In this document: positions 37,406-47,767 of the stretch, piece after piece
Layout of the letters: the number at the start of each line of letters is the position of its first letter
How positions within the stretch are numbered: the stretch's first letter is position 1
Assembly: GCA_045546615.1 (NCBI GenBank)
Contig: JAZQDD010000028.1
Coordinates: 5,626-69,625 of the forward strand
Direction of reading: 5' to 3'
Source: Eubacteriales bacterium
GTDB lineage: Bacteria; Bacillota; Clostridia; Oscillospirales; CAG-272
Length of the DNA stretch: 64,000 nucleotides
The notes under the pieces: generated by a model
Seen by the model: only the letters and a program-made list of their open reading frames with translations
The model's database searches: none
What the model was told of the DNA's origin: nothing
Made by a program: the position numbers and the translations under genes

Positions 37406-40038
37406 ACCTGCTTTACCTCTTCCATAACGAACGCCTCAAGAATATCGCCCGTCTTAAGGTCGTTGAATTTTTCAAGTCCGATACCGCACTCGTAGCCCTG
37501 TGCTACCTCGCGGACGTCGTCCTTGAAGCGGCGCAGAGATGCTATCTTATCCTCGTATACCACAATACCGTCGCGAACTACGCGGATCTGCGCGGTGCGG
37601 GTGATCTTGCCGTCCTGCACGTAAGAGCCTGCGATAAAGCCGACGTGGGGAACGTGAATAAGCTGACGAACCTCGGCGTGACCGAGCAGTGCTTCCTTGA
37701 ACTTGGGAGCAAGCATACCCTTCATTGCCGCCGTGACCTCGTCGATACAATCGTAGATTACGCGGTAAGTGCGCACGTCAACGCCCTGACGCTCGGCAGA
37801 CTCAAGCGCGCTCTTGTCGGGGCGCACGTTGAAGCCGACGATAATGGCGTTGGATGCGGCGGCGAACATAACATCGCCCTCGGTAATACCGCCTGCGGCG
37901 GCGTGGATAACGCGAACGTGAACTTCCTCGTTGGAGATCTTCTCCAGCGACTGCTTAACTGCCTCGGCAGAGCCGCCCACGTCAGCCTTAACGATAATGT
38001 TAAGCTCCTTAACACCGTCCTTGATCTGCGCAAAGAGGTCATTGAGGTTAGTTCGGGCATTCGCCTTGAAGGTATCCTCCTTCGCCTTTTCGCGGCGCTG
38101 ATCCGCAAGAGTACGCGCCATTCTCTCGTCAACAACGGCGTTAAACTCGTCACCCGACGCAGGAACGTCGGAAAGACCTGTGATCTCAACGGGCATTGAG
38201 GGGGGAGCGACCTTTACGATTCGTCCCGCGTGGTCTGTCATAGCGCGGACGCGTCCTACCGAAGTACCCGCGATAACGATGTCGCCCGAACGGAGAGTAC
38301 CGTTCTGCACAAGCACCGTAGCAACGGGGCCGCGTCCCTTATCCAGCTTTGCCTCGATAACGATACCCTTGGCGCGGCGGTTGGGATTAGCCTTGTATTC
38401 CTTGACCTCGGCAATGAGAAGCACGCTCTCAAGCAGGTCGTCTATACCCTCGTGCTTGAGTGCGGAAACGGGAACACACATAACGTCGCCGCCCCATTCC
38501 TCGGGAACGAGGTCGTATTTGGTAAGCTCTTGCTTAATATTGTCGGGGTTTGCGCCGAGCTTATCCATCTTGTTGATAGCAACGATTATCTCAACACCTG
38601 CCGCCTTGGCATGGTTTATAGCCTCAACGGTCTGCGGCATGATTCCGTCGTCTGCGGCGACGACGAGAATGGCAATATCCGTAGCCTGCGCACCTCTTGC
38701 ACGCATTGCGGTAAACGCCTCGTGTCCGGGGGTGTCAAGGAAGGTGATGTCCTTGTCATTGATGCGCACACGGTAAGCACCGATGTGCTGGGTGATACCG
38801 CCTGCCTCGCCTGCGGTAACGTGGGTGTTTCTGATAGCGTCAAGAAGTGAGGTCTTACCGTGGTCAACGTGTCCCATTACGCAAACGACGGGCGCACGCT
38901 CAACGAGCTTATCATCGCTGTCCTCGCCCTCGTCAAAGAGACGCTCCTCGATGCTGACGACAACTTCCTTCGTAACTACCGCGCCAAGCTCGTCGGCTAT
39001 GAGATACGCGGTATCAAAATCTATGGTCTGGTTAACGGTGACCATCATTCCCATAAGCATAAGGCGCTTGACGACCTCTGCCGCCGTAACCTTGATGCGG
39101 GACGCGAACTCGCCAACCGTGATCTCCTCGGGGATCTCGGCGTGGACGGGCTGCTTCTTTATAGGAGCGGCGGGTGCGGGAACAAAGCCGCCCTTGCCGC
39201 CGCGCTTGCCGTTCTGCTGTGCGCCCTTGCGGTCATTGCGGTTATCCTTGCCGCCCTTTTTCTGATCATTCTTTGAGAACTGTGCGCCCTTGCCCTGCTG
39301 CTGGGACTTGTTGTTCTGTCCCTGCGGACGTGCGCCTTCCTTATCTGCGGCGGCAGCGGCAGGCTTTTTGGCAACCTTGCTGCGCGCAGAGCCGCGATTG
39401 TCTCTGTCATCGGTCACGAAATTATCGAGCTTTTCATCGTACTTGGACAGATCCACGGCATCGCCGCCTCTGGTATCTACCACGCGAGTAGCCGCCTTGG
39501 GAGTGACCGTAACGACCTCGCGCTCACCCTCGGGGCGTGCTTCTCTGACCTCAAGGCGCGTATGCTTTTGCGGCTTTTGCGCCTTTTCAGCCTTCTCCGC
39601 CTTTTTGGGCTGTTGCTCCGCCTTGGCGTTTGCGGCGTTCATTCTCTGCTCGAATCGCTCACCCGCGCTTCTGTTGATATTCTGCTGCTGTGTGGGCTTC
39701 GAGGACTTTTTCTCCTCCTTTGCGGGAGCTTTCTCCTGCGGCGGAGGCGTGGGGGCAGACTTCTCCTTTGTCTCCTCTGCCACGGGCTGTGGCTTTTCCG
39801 CCTTCGCCTTCTTGCGTGTCGAGGGGATGCCGGTAACTCCGTCGATATAGTCCTCTATATTCGATACCTGATTTGCCGTTGTGAGCTTTTCCCACATAAA
39901 ATCAAGCTCGAAGCTTGTAAGAGTCTTTTGTGTTTTTGCATCGATCCCGCCCTCCGCAAAAAGATCGGAGAGATCCTTTGCCTTGAGAGAAAGATCCTTT
40001 GCCAACTGGTTTACCTTAAACTGTGAGCTTACTGCCAT
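37402..40038 (-). CDS. infB: Translation initiation factor IF-2
   Basis: The GTPase domain has [24 protein letters not shown] and NKMD. The N-terminal region is low-complexity and Lys/Ala/Gln-rich. Confidence 0.97.
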   Translation of the reverse strand: MAVSSQFKVNQLAKDLSLKAKDLSDLFAEGGIDAKTQKTLTSFELDFMWEKLTTANQVSNIEDYIDGVTGIPSTRKKAKAEKPQPVAEETKEKSAPTPPPQEKAPAKEEKKSSKPTQQQNINRSAGERFEQRMNAANAKAEQQPKKAEKAEKAQKPQKHTRLEVREARPEGEREVVTVTPKAATRVVDTRGGDAVDLSKYDEKLDNFVTDDRDNRGSARSKVAKKPAAAAADKEGARPQGQNNKSQQQGKGAQFSKNDQKKGGKDNRNDRKGAQQNGKRGGKGGFVPAPAAPIKKQPVHAEIPEEITVGEFASRIKVTAAEVVKRLMLMGMMVTVNQTIDFDTAYLIADELGAVVTKEVVVSIEERLFDEGEDSDDKLVERAPVVCVMGHVDHGKTSLLDAIRNTHVTAGEAGGITQHIGAYRVRINDKDITFLDTPGHEAFTAMRARGAQATDIAILVVAADDGIMPQTVEAINHAKAAGVEIIVAINKMDKLGANPDNIKQELTKYDLVPEEWGGDVMCVPVSALKHEGIDDLLESVLLIAEVKEYKANPNRRAKGIVIEAKLDKGRGPVATVLVQNGTLRSGDIVIAGTSVGRVRAMTDHAGRIVKVAPPSMPVEITGLSDVPASGDEFNAVVDERMARTLADQRREKAKEDTFKANARTNLNDLFAQIKDGVKELNIIVKADVGGSAEAVKQSLEKISNEEVHVRVIHAAAGGITEGDVMFAAASNAIIVGFNVRPDKSALESAERQGVDVRTYRVIYDCIDEVTAAMKGMLAPKFKEALLGHAEVRQLIHVPHVGFIAGSYVQDGKITRTAQIRVVRDGIVVYEDKIASLRRFKDDVREVAQGYECGIGLEKFNDLKTGDILEAFVMEEVKQV

Positions 40039-40067
40039 ATTCCTTGTTATCCTCCTTGGGATACTAT

Positions 40068-40427
40068 TTACATATTTTCAAGCTCCGTCTGCGCCGCCTT
40101 TGCAAATGCTTTTACAAATGAAGCGTCAGTAAGAGCCACGGCGGCGCAAGTGCCGCCCCTTCCTATCGCCGCGCCAAGCTCTGCTGAAGCGACGGGAAGA
40201 AATATAATTTGTTTTTCGTAAAATGCGCAACGGTCACAAAGCCGTTTTTTCGTATTATCCGAGGCATCCGACGCCACGGCAACGAGAAGAGCCTTTCGCT
40301 CCTTGAGAGCATCGCAAACTATCTGCGTACCCGACACAAGCCGCCTTGCCCTTCTTGCAAGCCCGAGGACTCCAAGAACTTTGCGTTCCGACTCCTGCGT
40401 CAGCGCTAACTGCCGAGTATCCATCAT
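40068..40427 (-). CDS. L7Ae/L30e/S12e/Gadd45 family RNA-binding protein (YlxQ-like)
   Basis: It has [39 protein letters not shown] and occupies the expected position between ylxR and infB. Confidence 0.8.
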   Translation of the reverse strand: MMDTRQLALTQESERKVLGVLGLARRARRLVSGTQIVCDALKERKALLVAVASDASDNTKKRLCDRCAFYEKQIIFLPVASAELGAAIGRGGTCAAVALTDASFVKAFAKAAQTELENM

Positions 40428-40708
40428 TCGCTTGCCTCAAGCTCCGCCTCGATAGCGTCAAAGACCTCCTCGGATATCGCAACACCGAGTGTAGATGCGA
40501 TCCTGCCGTTCTTTCTCGCCTTTTTAAGACAAGAGGTCTTTTTGCATATATATGCGCCCCTGCCCGATTTTTTGCCCGTTATATCAAGGCTTATCTCTCC
40601 CTCGGGGGAGCGAACCACTCTGATTAGCGAGGGCTTTGGCAAATGCTCGTTACAGCCGAGACATTGCCTTACGGGGACGCGGCGCGCAGGTCTTTGCTCG
40701 CCTGCCAT
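40424..40708 (-). CDS. rnpM: YlxR/RnpM family protein (DUF448)
   Basis: It has RQCLGC...GRGAYIC motifs and lies downstream of nusA. Confidence 0.85.
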   Translation of the reverse strand: MAGEQRPARRVPVRQCLGCNEHLPKPSLIRVVRSPEGEISLDITGKKSGRGAYICKKTSCLKKARKNGRIASTLGVAISEEVFDAIEAELEASE

Positions 40709-40709
40709 A

Positions 40710-41735
40710 TTATTCCGCCTTTATATCGACCTTACAGCCTGTAAGGCGGGCGGCGAGACGGGCGTTCTGTCCCTCGCGTCCGATCGCGAGAGAGAGCTGG
40801 TCTGCGGCAACCGTGATCTGCGCGGTGCGCTCGTCAAGCATAACGACCTTCTTTATATCTGCGGGGGCAAGAGCCGCCGTGATGTACTCATCCATATTTT
40901 CGCTGTAACGGACGATATCTACCTTCTCGCCGCCAAGCTCCTCGAGAATGGTATTGATTCTGATTCCTCTGTTACCTATACAAGCGCCGACGGGATCAAC
41001 GTTTTCGTCGCGGGACATTACCGCGAGCTTCGTTCTTGAGCCTGCCTCACGCGCAACACCCTTGATTATTACCGTTCCGTCCGCGATCTCGGGGACTTCA
41101 AGCTCGAACATACGGCGTACAAGACCGGGATGCGCTCTTGAAATCGTAACGAGCGGACCCTTTTCCTCGCGGTTTACCTCAAGGATATATACCTTTATCT
41201 TGCCGCCGACAATGAGACGCTCACCGGGTATCTGCTCGCTGACACGGAGAAGGGCGTTTCCTGTTCCCGTGAATATAACGGCATCGCCCGTCTGGGGATC
41301 GACCTTTGAAACGGTGGCGGTAATTATCTCCTCGCGCTTCTTTTCGTAAGCGTCGCGGGCGATCTTTCTTTCCGCCTCGCGGATAGCCTGAATGATAACG
41401 GACTTTGCCGCGCCTGCGGAGAGACGGCGGAAATTCTTGGTCTTTACCTCGGTCTCAAGTATCTTGCCGACGGTCATTCGCTTGTTATGCGTTCTTGCTT
41501 CCTCAAGAGATATCTCTACCTCGGGGTTCTCAACCTCGGCAACTACCGTCTTTTGCTGATAAACGCGGACGTCTTTTTTGTTGGGATCTATCAGAACACG
41601 GACGTTGGTGTTGTTTCCGTATTCCTTTTTATACGCGGCGACAAGAGCCGCCTCGATCTTTTCAAGCATATAATCGTGGGGTATCCCCGTCTTTTTTTCC
41701 AGCTCCTCAAGAGCGGCAAAGAATTCTGAGTTCAT
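40710..41735 (-). CDS. nusA: Transcription termination/antitermination factor NusA
   Basis: It has the N-terminal domain, an S1 domain and two KH domains (PVGACIGNRGIRI, LSLAIGREGQNARLAARLTG). Confidence 0.95.
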   Translation of the reverse strand: MNSEFFAALEELEKKTGIPHDYMLEKIEAALVAAYKKEYGNNTNVRVLIDPNKKDVRVYQQKTVVAEVENPEVEISLEEARTHNKRMTVGKILETEVKTKNFRRLSAGAAKSVIIQAIREAERKIARDAYEKKREEIITATVSKVDPQTGDAVIFTGTGNALLRVSEQIPGERLIVGGKIKVYILEVNREEKGPLVTISRAHPGLVRRMFELEVPEIADGTVIIKGVAREAGSRTKLAVMSRDENVDPVGACIGNRGIRINTILEELGGEKVDIVRYSENMDEYITAALAPADIKKVVMLDERTAQITVAADQLSLAIGREGQNARLAARLTGCKVDIKAE

Positions 41736-41772
41736 TTGACTCTTTTTCCTTTCAGATCATGTGTTTTAAAGC

Positions 41773-42258
41773 TCATATATTTGAGAAATCAAAAAGAAGC
41801 TTCATTTTTGAAATAGCGGCGTACGGAAGCGCAAGCTCCTGTCCGTCCCTCGTTATCAGCACCTCGCCGTCGGCGTTCATACCGCCGAGTATACCGACGA
41901 TAACGCGGCTTCCGAAGAGAGGAGCAAAAAGCCTTGCCTCCACCTTTTCACCCGTGAGTGCCTCAATGTGTCGGGGCAGCGTGATATCGCGCTCCACGCC
42001 CGGAGAGGATACCTGAAGATAATAAGCGTTTTCGATTGGGTCAGCCTCATCAAGAAGCGGATCGAGCGCGCGATGCACTCTCTCGCAGTCCTCGATATTT
42101 ACCGCGCCGTCGCGCCCCGTGTCAAGAGTTATGCGCAAAACGTAGTCCGCGCCCTCTCGCAGATAGTCTATATCCCAAAGGGTACAACCCTCGGCGGCAA
42201 CAGCCGCCTCGGCAAGCGGCTTGACCTTCAAGGCAACGCCTGTCAGTTCTTTTTTCAT
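41773..42258 (-). CDS. rimP: Ribosome maturation factor RimP
   Basis: It is the 161-aa first gene of the nusA-infB operon and carries an LQVSSPGVERDI motif. Confidence 0.9.
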   Translation of the reverse strand: MKKELTGVALKVKPLAEAAVAAEGCTLWDIDYLREGADYVLRITLDTGRDGAVNIEDCERVHRALDPLLDEADPIENAYYLQVSSPGVERDITLPRHIEALTGEKVEARLFAPLFGSRVIVGILGGMNADGEVLITRDGQELALPYAAISKMKLLFDFSNI

Positions 42259-42506
42259 TTTTCTTCCTTAAAAATCGTATTTCCGATAGCAAAATTAAAA
42301 GTGGGTTCATCGCCCACTCCTTACCTTACTCTATCATACTGCAACAAGTATAACACATTATTTGCGCAAATGCAAGAGATTTTAAATATTTTTTTCGTTT
42401 CTATCAAAAATTTTACTCATTTTATAAATAATTCGTTACAAAAAGTATATACATTTACCCTAAAATTATGATATAATTATTACAAATATTAAAAGGGGGG
42501 ACGGCA

Positions 42507-43694
42507 ATGGAAAAAGAAGAACGCTTCGTCTGCCCCGAATATCTTGAAAAAATAATAAATCGCATCGAAAACGCAGGGTTTGAAGCCTTTGTCGTTGGCG
42601 GTGCGGTGCGTGACAGCCTGCTTGGGCGCGCGCCGCACGATTACGACGTTGCCGCCTCTGCCACGCCCGAGGAGAGCGCCGAGATATTTTCAGATATGCG
42701 CACCATACCCACGGGCATCGCCCACGGAACGCTGACAGTCCTATCCGACTCCCACCCCGTGGAGATAACCACCTTCCGCATAGACGGCAATTACTCCGAC
42801 GGCAGACACCCCGACGGCGTGAGATTTTCGCGCAGACTTTGCGACGACCTTGCGCGGCGCGATTTTACCGTAAACGCTCTGGCGTGGTCACAAAGAACGG
42901 GGGTTGTTGACCTTTTTGGCGGCAGGGCTGACCTTGAGGCGGGAGTAATTCGCGCGGTGGGAGATCCCTCGCTTCGGTTTGAAGAGGACGCGCTTCGCAT
43001 ACTGCGTGCCTTCCGCTTTGCCGCAAAGCTCGGTTTTTCAATAGAAAAGGAAACATTTTGCGCCGCCGTACGTCTTAAAGACAGACTCTCGCGCATATCC
43101 GCGGAGAGGATAGCATCCGAGCTGTGCGGACTGCTGTGCGCTCCCTTCCCCGCGGATGCGCTGATGCAAATGAACAACGCCGGCATTCTCACGCTTATTC
43201 TCGGAGTTGACGTCCCCCGCGAAAACATATCGCGCGTAGGCCGCTTGCCCGAAGGCGCGCGGCTTGAACTTCGCCTCGGTGCGCTGTTGCGCGGAACCGA
43301 CAATGTAAAAAAGACTCTCGGCAAGCTTCGCCTTTCAAACAAGATATGTGCCGACGCCGCCGAGATAGCCCTAACATACTCACCAAAAGAATGTTCCGAC
43401 TATGCGCTGCGCCGTTTTGCCTCGGCACACGCGACGGCGCGGGAAATTCTTTTGCTTGACGAAAACACAGACGCGCTCACGCGATTTGACGAGCTGATGG
43501 CGCAAAAACCGCCGCTTCGCATCTCGGAGCTTGCCATCGGCGGAAACGAGATTTCCGAAGCGGGGATCGCACACGGCAGAGAGCTTGGTGAGCTTCTTGC
43601 CGCGTTGCTTGACGAGGTACTCAAAGACCCCCGAAAAAACACCGCCGACTCGCTCCTTTGCATAGCGCGGCAGTACAAGGAGGGCAAAAAATGA
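42507..43694 (+). CDS. cca: CCA tRNA nucleotidyltransferase / poly(A) polymerase family protein
   Basis: It has the VVGGAVRDSLLGRAPHDYDVA and RDFTVNALA motifs. Confidence 0.85.
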   Translation: MEKEERFVCPEYLEKIINRIENAGFEAFVVGGAVRDSLLGRAPHDYDVAASATPEESAEIFSDMRTIPTGIAHGTLTVLSDSHPVEITTFRIDGNYSDGRHPDGVRFSRRLCDDLARRDFTVNALAWSQRTGVVDLFGGRADLEAGVIRAVGDPSLRFEEDALRILRAFRFAAKLGFSIEKETFCAAVRLKDRLSRISAERIASELCGLLCAPFPADALMQMNNAGILTLILGVDVPRENISRVGRLPEGARLELRLGALLRGTDNVKKTLGKLRLSNKICADAAEIALTYSPKECSDYALRRFASAHATAREILLLDENTDALTRFDELMAQKPPLRISELAIGGNEISEAGIAHGRELGELLAALLDEVLKDPRKNTADSLLCIARQYKEGKK

Positions 43695-44083
43695 GCGCAA
43701 GATACGAAATAATCCGCGATTTCAGCGGCAACTGCCACTTTGAGCTTTGCATGGGCGCATCCATGCCCCTGCTGACGGGCGGAAGCCGCGCAAACCTCGC
43801 CCTCTGCCGAGGGAGCATCGCCTCGGCGCGGATAATATGCGACGCGCCCCTTGAGGACACGCGCGGATATACGGGTACTGCCACGGAAGTGCTGAAATTC
43901 CCCAAATATCGCTTTGAGCGAATGCCATCGGGCAGATATACCTACACTCTGTGGGCAAAAAACGGCAAAAAGCTCGCCGCAGGGCCTGCGATGGGTACTA
44001 TCTCCGCGGCACTCGATGCCCTTTCGGCAACACGCCGAGAGGCGAGATACGCGCCCGTTTCAGAAAAAATAAGCGGAACATGA
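43691..44083 (+). CDS. YegP/DUF1508 family protein (tentative)
   Basis: The ATG at 43691 overlaps the cca stop (ATGA). The second half, YTYTLWAKNGKKLAAGPAMGTISAALDALSATR, fits the DUF1508 repeat pattern. Confidence 0.5.
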   Translation: MSARYEIIRDFSGNCHFELCMGASMPLLTGGSRANLALCRGSIASARIICDAPLEDTRGYTGTATEVLKFPKYRFERMPSGRYTYTLWAKNGKKLAAGPAMGTISAALDALSATRREARYAPVSEKISGT

Positions 44084-44116
44084 CCGCACAAGATACAGCA
44101 AGGAAAGGATACCGCC

Positions 44117-45388
44117 ATGCAAGAACAGCTCCCCACCCCCGCAGAAAAAACTGAAAAAAGACGGCGTTTTTTGATAAATTTCGCCTATTTCGTTTTACTG
44201 TTTGCCATCTCCCTTTTCATCGTAAGATACGCCCTCGGCGCACTTATGCCGTTCATTATCGCGCTGATAGTGACACTCATCCTGCGCCCCGCGGTTCGTT
44301 TCATAAAAAATAAAATAGGAATAAAAAGCCGCTTGGTCGAGCCCGTGCTGGCAATCCTCTTCTATTGCACGATAGGCGTGATAGCCGCGCTCATCGTGTT
44401 CGAGGTAGCCAAATCGCTCGGTTCGATCATATCATATCTTCCCTCTTTTTACTCCAACAGCGTTTCGCCCACGCTTTCGTCCGCCATCTCCGCGATCAAC
44501 GGGGTGCTTGACAAACTTGACCTGAACTACACCCTGTCCACAGGCACGATACTTTCATCCCTCGGCAGTGCGATAACGTCTCTTTCCGGTACGATAATTT
44601 CAAGCGCGGGTGACATCGCCCTTGCCACTCCGTCGTTCTTGATAAACGTCGTCATAACCGTTGTCGCAACCATATTTATGCTGATGGACCTTGACCTTTT
44701 GATCAAATTTGCACACCATCAGCTATCGGAAAAAAATTCCTTGCTCGTGCATAACGTTATCGAGCGTCTGAAATTCGTAGTTAAGAAATATATCCTCTCG
44801 TATGCGGCAATAATGTTAATAACCTTTGCGGAAATATGGGTGGGGTTGAGCATCCTCGGTGTCACGAACGCCGCCCTGATCGCCGCCATCATCGCCGTAT
44901 TTGACATTCTCCCCGTCGTTGGCGCGTCCCTCGTGATACTGCCGTGGGCTGCGATCTCCCTCATCACGGGAAACATCGGACTCACCGTCGGACTCATCGT
45001 ACTCCTTGCCATCCTCGCGGTGGTCAGAAACATCATTGAACCGAAGATCGTCGGTTCAAGCGTCGGAATGCACCCCCTGCTCACACTTTTCTCCATGCTC
45101 ATCGGTAGCTTTATCTACGGCCCTATAGGAATCCTGCTTATGCCCGTCGGCATGGCGCTTGTGCAAAACCTTGTAGACGGCGGCATTATCCACCTTTATA
45201 AAACTTTGGAAAAAGAAGAGCCCGAGGAAAAGCCAAGCAAGTTCAACACCTTTATCAACCGCATTTTTGACAAGTGCGCCGCCGCAGTAACAGGCTTTTT
45301 CAAAAAAATATTTAAAAGAAAAAAGAAATCCAATACAATATCAAACAATAAAAAAACAAACAACGAGAAAGGAAACGATAATGGCTAA
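44117..45388 (+). CDS. AI-2E family transporter (sporulation membrane protein YtvI-like)
   Basis: It is a multi-pass membrane protein. The typical N-terminus is RRRFLINFAYFVLLFAISLFIV, and the C-terminal region has EPKIVGSSVGMHPLLTLFS. Confidence 0.75.
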   Translation: MQEQLPTPAEKTEKRRRFLINFAYFVLLFAISLFIVRYALGALMPFIIALIVTLILRPAVRFIKNKIGIKSRLVEPVLAILFYCTIGVIAALIVFEVAKSLGSIISYLPSFYSNSVSPTLSSAISAINGVLDKLDLNYTLSTGTILSSLGSAITSLSGTIISSAGDIALATPSFLINVVITVVATIFMLMDLDLLIKFAHHQLSEKNSLLVHNVIERLKFVVKKYILSYAAIMLITFAEIWVGLSILGVTNAALIAAIIAVFDILPVVGASLVILPWAAISLITGNIGLTVGLIVLLAILAVVRNIIEPKIVGSSVGMHPLLTLFSMLIGSFIYGPIGILLMPVGMALVQNLVDGGIIHLYKTLEKEEPEEKPSKFNTFINRIFDKCAAAVTGFFKKIFKRKKKSNTISNNKKTNNEKGNDNG

Positions 45389-45995
45389 TATCGACAACAC
45401 CGCCCTGTTTAAAATCAGCTACGGTCTTTACGCACTTACCACAAATGACTCCGCACGCGACAACGCAATGATACTCAACACCGCCGTTCAGCTTACAGAC
45501 AATCCCCTGCAGCTCGCAATTTGCATAAACAATAACAACTATTCGTGCGAGACCGTTCGCAAAACGGGCAAAATGAATCTCAACTGCCTTGACACACGCG
45601 CAACGTTCGATCTTTTCAAAAAATTCGGCTTTGTAAGCGGCAGAGACACCGACAAGCTTGCGGGCGAGAGCTTTACCCGCAGTGAAAACGGACTTGCCGT
45701 GATAAACGAATACTCCAACGCCTTTATATCGCTGACTGTCGAATCCTATCTCAATCTCGGCACGCACACCCTTTTCATCTGCCGTGTCAGCGAGGCGCAA
45801 AACCTCGGCGGCGAGGCATCTATGACGTATGAATACTACCACAAGAACGTAAAACCCAAGCCCGAAGCTAAACCCGCAGAGAAAAAACGCTACGTTTGCC
45901 GCATTTGCGGATACGTCCACGAGGGCGAGGAGCTTCCCGCGGATTTCATCTGCCCTTGGTGCGGACACGGAGTGGCGGATTTTGAAGAAATGTAA
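45381..45995 (+). CDS. Flavin reductase-like domain fused to a C-terminal rubredoxin
   Basis: The N-terminus is flavin reductase-like (FKISYGLYALTT). The C-terminus has YVCRICGYVHEGEELPADFICPWCGHGVADFEEM, two CxxCG knuckles. The start overlaps the ytvI-like stop by 8 nt. Confidence 0.8.
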   Translation: MANIDNTALFKISYGLYALTTNDSARDNAMILNTAVQLTDNPLQLAICINNNNYSCETVRKTGKMNLNCLDTRATFDLFKKFGFVSGRDTDKLAGESFTRSENGLAVINEYSNAFISLTVESYLNLGTHTLFICRVSEAQNLGGEASMTYEYYHKNVKPKPEAKPAEKKRYVCRICGYVHEGEELPADFICPWCGHGVADFEEM

Positions 45996-46075
45996 AACAG
46001 AACACACACCAAACTATTGGGGGAGTCAAACTTGACTCCCCCATTATTTTTTACAAAGTTGCAGACGCGCTAAAA

Positions 46076-46106
46076 ACAAAAAACAGGCGCAGAGCGCCTG
46101 TTTTTT
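46076..46106. terminator. Bidirectional intrinsic terminator
   Basis: The hairpin aaaaaacaggcgc-aga-gcgcctgtttttt sits between convergent genes. Confidence 0.85.
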
Positions 46107-46129
46107 ATATGTTAGCTAATTATTGCTAA

Positions 46130-47602
46130 TTAGTCCTCTTTCTTGCGAGCGATTGCTACTGCGCCAGCGGCTGCAACAGCAACGATTGCGAGAGAGATGC
46201 TGGAACCGCATCCGCCCTCTGCAGGAGCTGCAGTGGTGTTAGCGGGAGCCTTAGTGGTCTCGGGAGCCTTGGTGGTCTCGGGAGCCTTAGTAGTAGTCTC
46301 ATCAACAGTGGGAGCAGTGGTGGTCTCGCCGCCTTCAGCGGTGGTAACATCACCATCACCCTCAGCGGTGGTATCATCGCCATCCTCGGAAGGAACGGTA
46401 ACCTCAGGAGCGGGAGCAGTCTTAGCGCCCTCTACGATAGCGTCGAAAGCAGCCTGGCAAGCAACCTGGTCAAGAGCAGTGAAGCCGGTAGCACCCTCTA
46501 CGAGAGTAACAGCCTGCTCACCGATAACGTTCATACCATGGAGGTAGGAGCAATCAGTAAGAGTTACGATACCGCCGTTAGCATATCCGTTGAAGGGATC
46601 AGCGGAGGAGTAAGCAGAACCGTCAGCAGTAGCATCGTTGTCCATAACGCCCATTACTACGCAGTTGTTCATAGCGATTACTGCGCTGGAAGAGGAGAAT
46701 CTGGGGCAGATACCTGCAGAACCGTACTTGGTACCGGTCTTGTCACCGCCGGTGAGCTTCTCGCCGGTCTCGGTGTTGATGATGGGGTTCTGGTCGATAG
46801 TAGCATTGTTTGCGCAGTAGCTGAAAGTACCCTCTGCGCTGCCGTTAACCTGACCAACGATACCGCCGGCATCGTTCTGTGCAGAAACCTTACCGTTGTT
46901 AATGCAGTATCTGAAGTCAGCTACGAGACCTGCGTTAACGTTACCAACGATACCGCCGGCGTAGGAGTTGTTAGCGTAAACTTCACCATTGTTAGTAGCG
47001 TTTACGATGGTGAGGTAGCTCTTACCGGAAGCGTGACCGCAGTTACCTATGATACCGCCGGTCTGGTTTCTGGAGAACATGTTACCGTTGTTAACAACGT
47101 TGTACATGTAGATCCAGTTCTCGGAGTCAGCATAGCCGAGAATACCCGCGATGGGGGTCTGATCCTCGGGATGCTCGGTAACGTTTACGTTGTTGGTAAC
47201 ACCGGAGATCCAGATGGGCATATCAGCGGTACTACCTGCAGCAAGGCTAACAACGGGGTTTACGTAGAATACTACGTCCTTGCCCTCAGCGTCCTTTGCC
47301 TGGTTAACGGTAAAGTCCTTGATGGTTGCGCCGCCACTGATCTCTACGAAGAGAGTGGTGGAAGCAGTAATGGTGTGGTTTCCGCCATCAAAGCTTCCAT
47401 AGAAGCCCTCAACGGAAACGTCTGCGGTGGTGTCAGCAGTGAGCTTGTAGTTGCCTTCGCCGTAAGCTGCATTAGCCTTCTCAGCGAATTCTGCCCAAGA
47501 TGCAACTTCTACAACGCCTTCAGCGGAAGAGAAAATGCTCATGGGAAGAGCCATTGCTGCGATCATTGCGATAGCAATGATGATGGAAAGTGTCTTTTTC
47601 AT
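46130..47602 (-). CDS. Secreted GLUG-motif repeat protein A with a Thr-rich linker and a GGCGS-TM-RKKED tail
   Basis: I prefer the ATG at 47602 (MKKTLSIIIAIAMIAAMALPMSIFSSAEG signal peptide). It has repeats of the type NNGxVxxxxxAGGIVGN (GLUG-like), TTKAPE repeats, and a C-terminal ...AEGGCGSSISLAIVAVAAAGAVAIARKKED. Confidence 0.8.
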   Translation of the reverse strand: MKKTLSIIIAIAMIAAMALPMSIFSSAEGVVEVASWAEFAEKANAAYGEGNYKLTADTTADVSVEGFYGSFDGGNHTITASTTLFVEISGGATIKDFTVNQAKDAEGKDVVFYVNPVVSLAAGSTADMPIWISGVTNNVNVTEHPEDQTPIAGILGYADSENWIYMYNVVNNGNMFSRNQTGGIIGNCGHASGKSYLTIVNATNNGEVYANNSYAGGIVGNVNAGLVADFRYCINNGKVSAQNDAGGIVGQVNGSAEGTFSYCANNATIDQNPIINTETGEKLTGGDKTGTKYGSAGICPRFSSSSAVIAMNNCVVMGVMDNDATADGSAYSSADPFNGYANGGIVTLTDCSYLHGMNVIGEQAVTLVEGATGFTALDQVACQAAFDAIVEGAKTAPAPEVTVPSEDGDDTTAEGDGDVTTAEGGETTTAPTVDETTTKAPETTKAPETTKAPANTTAAPAEGGCGSSISLAIVAVAAAGAVAIARKKED

Positions 47603-47639
47603 TTCTTTTTTTCCTTTCAAAGGTTTTATGGGTATATGT

Positions 47640-47668
47640 ATTTTAGCACTATTTTGGGCATTTGTCAA
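47640..47668 (-). promoter_or_regulatory. Sigma-A type promoter for GLUG protein A
   Basis: On the minus strand it reads TTGACA (47668-47663), a 17-nt spacer, then TAAAAT (47645-47640). Confidence 0.6.
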
Positions 47669-47767
47669 TACAAAAAACAAAAACTAATCTTCATATTTAT
47701 ATGTTTTTATAGAATTTTTTTCAAAAAAACACAGTTCCTTAACAAAAAACACAAAAGAAAACAGCGA

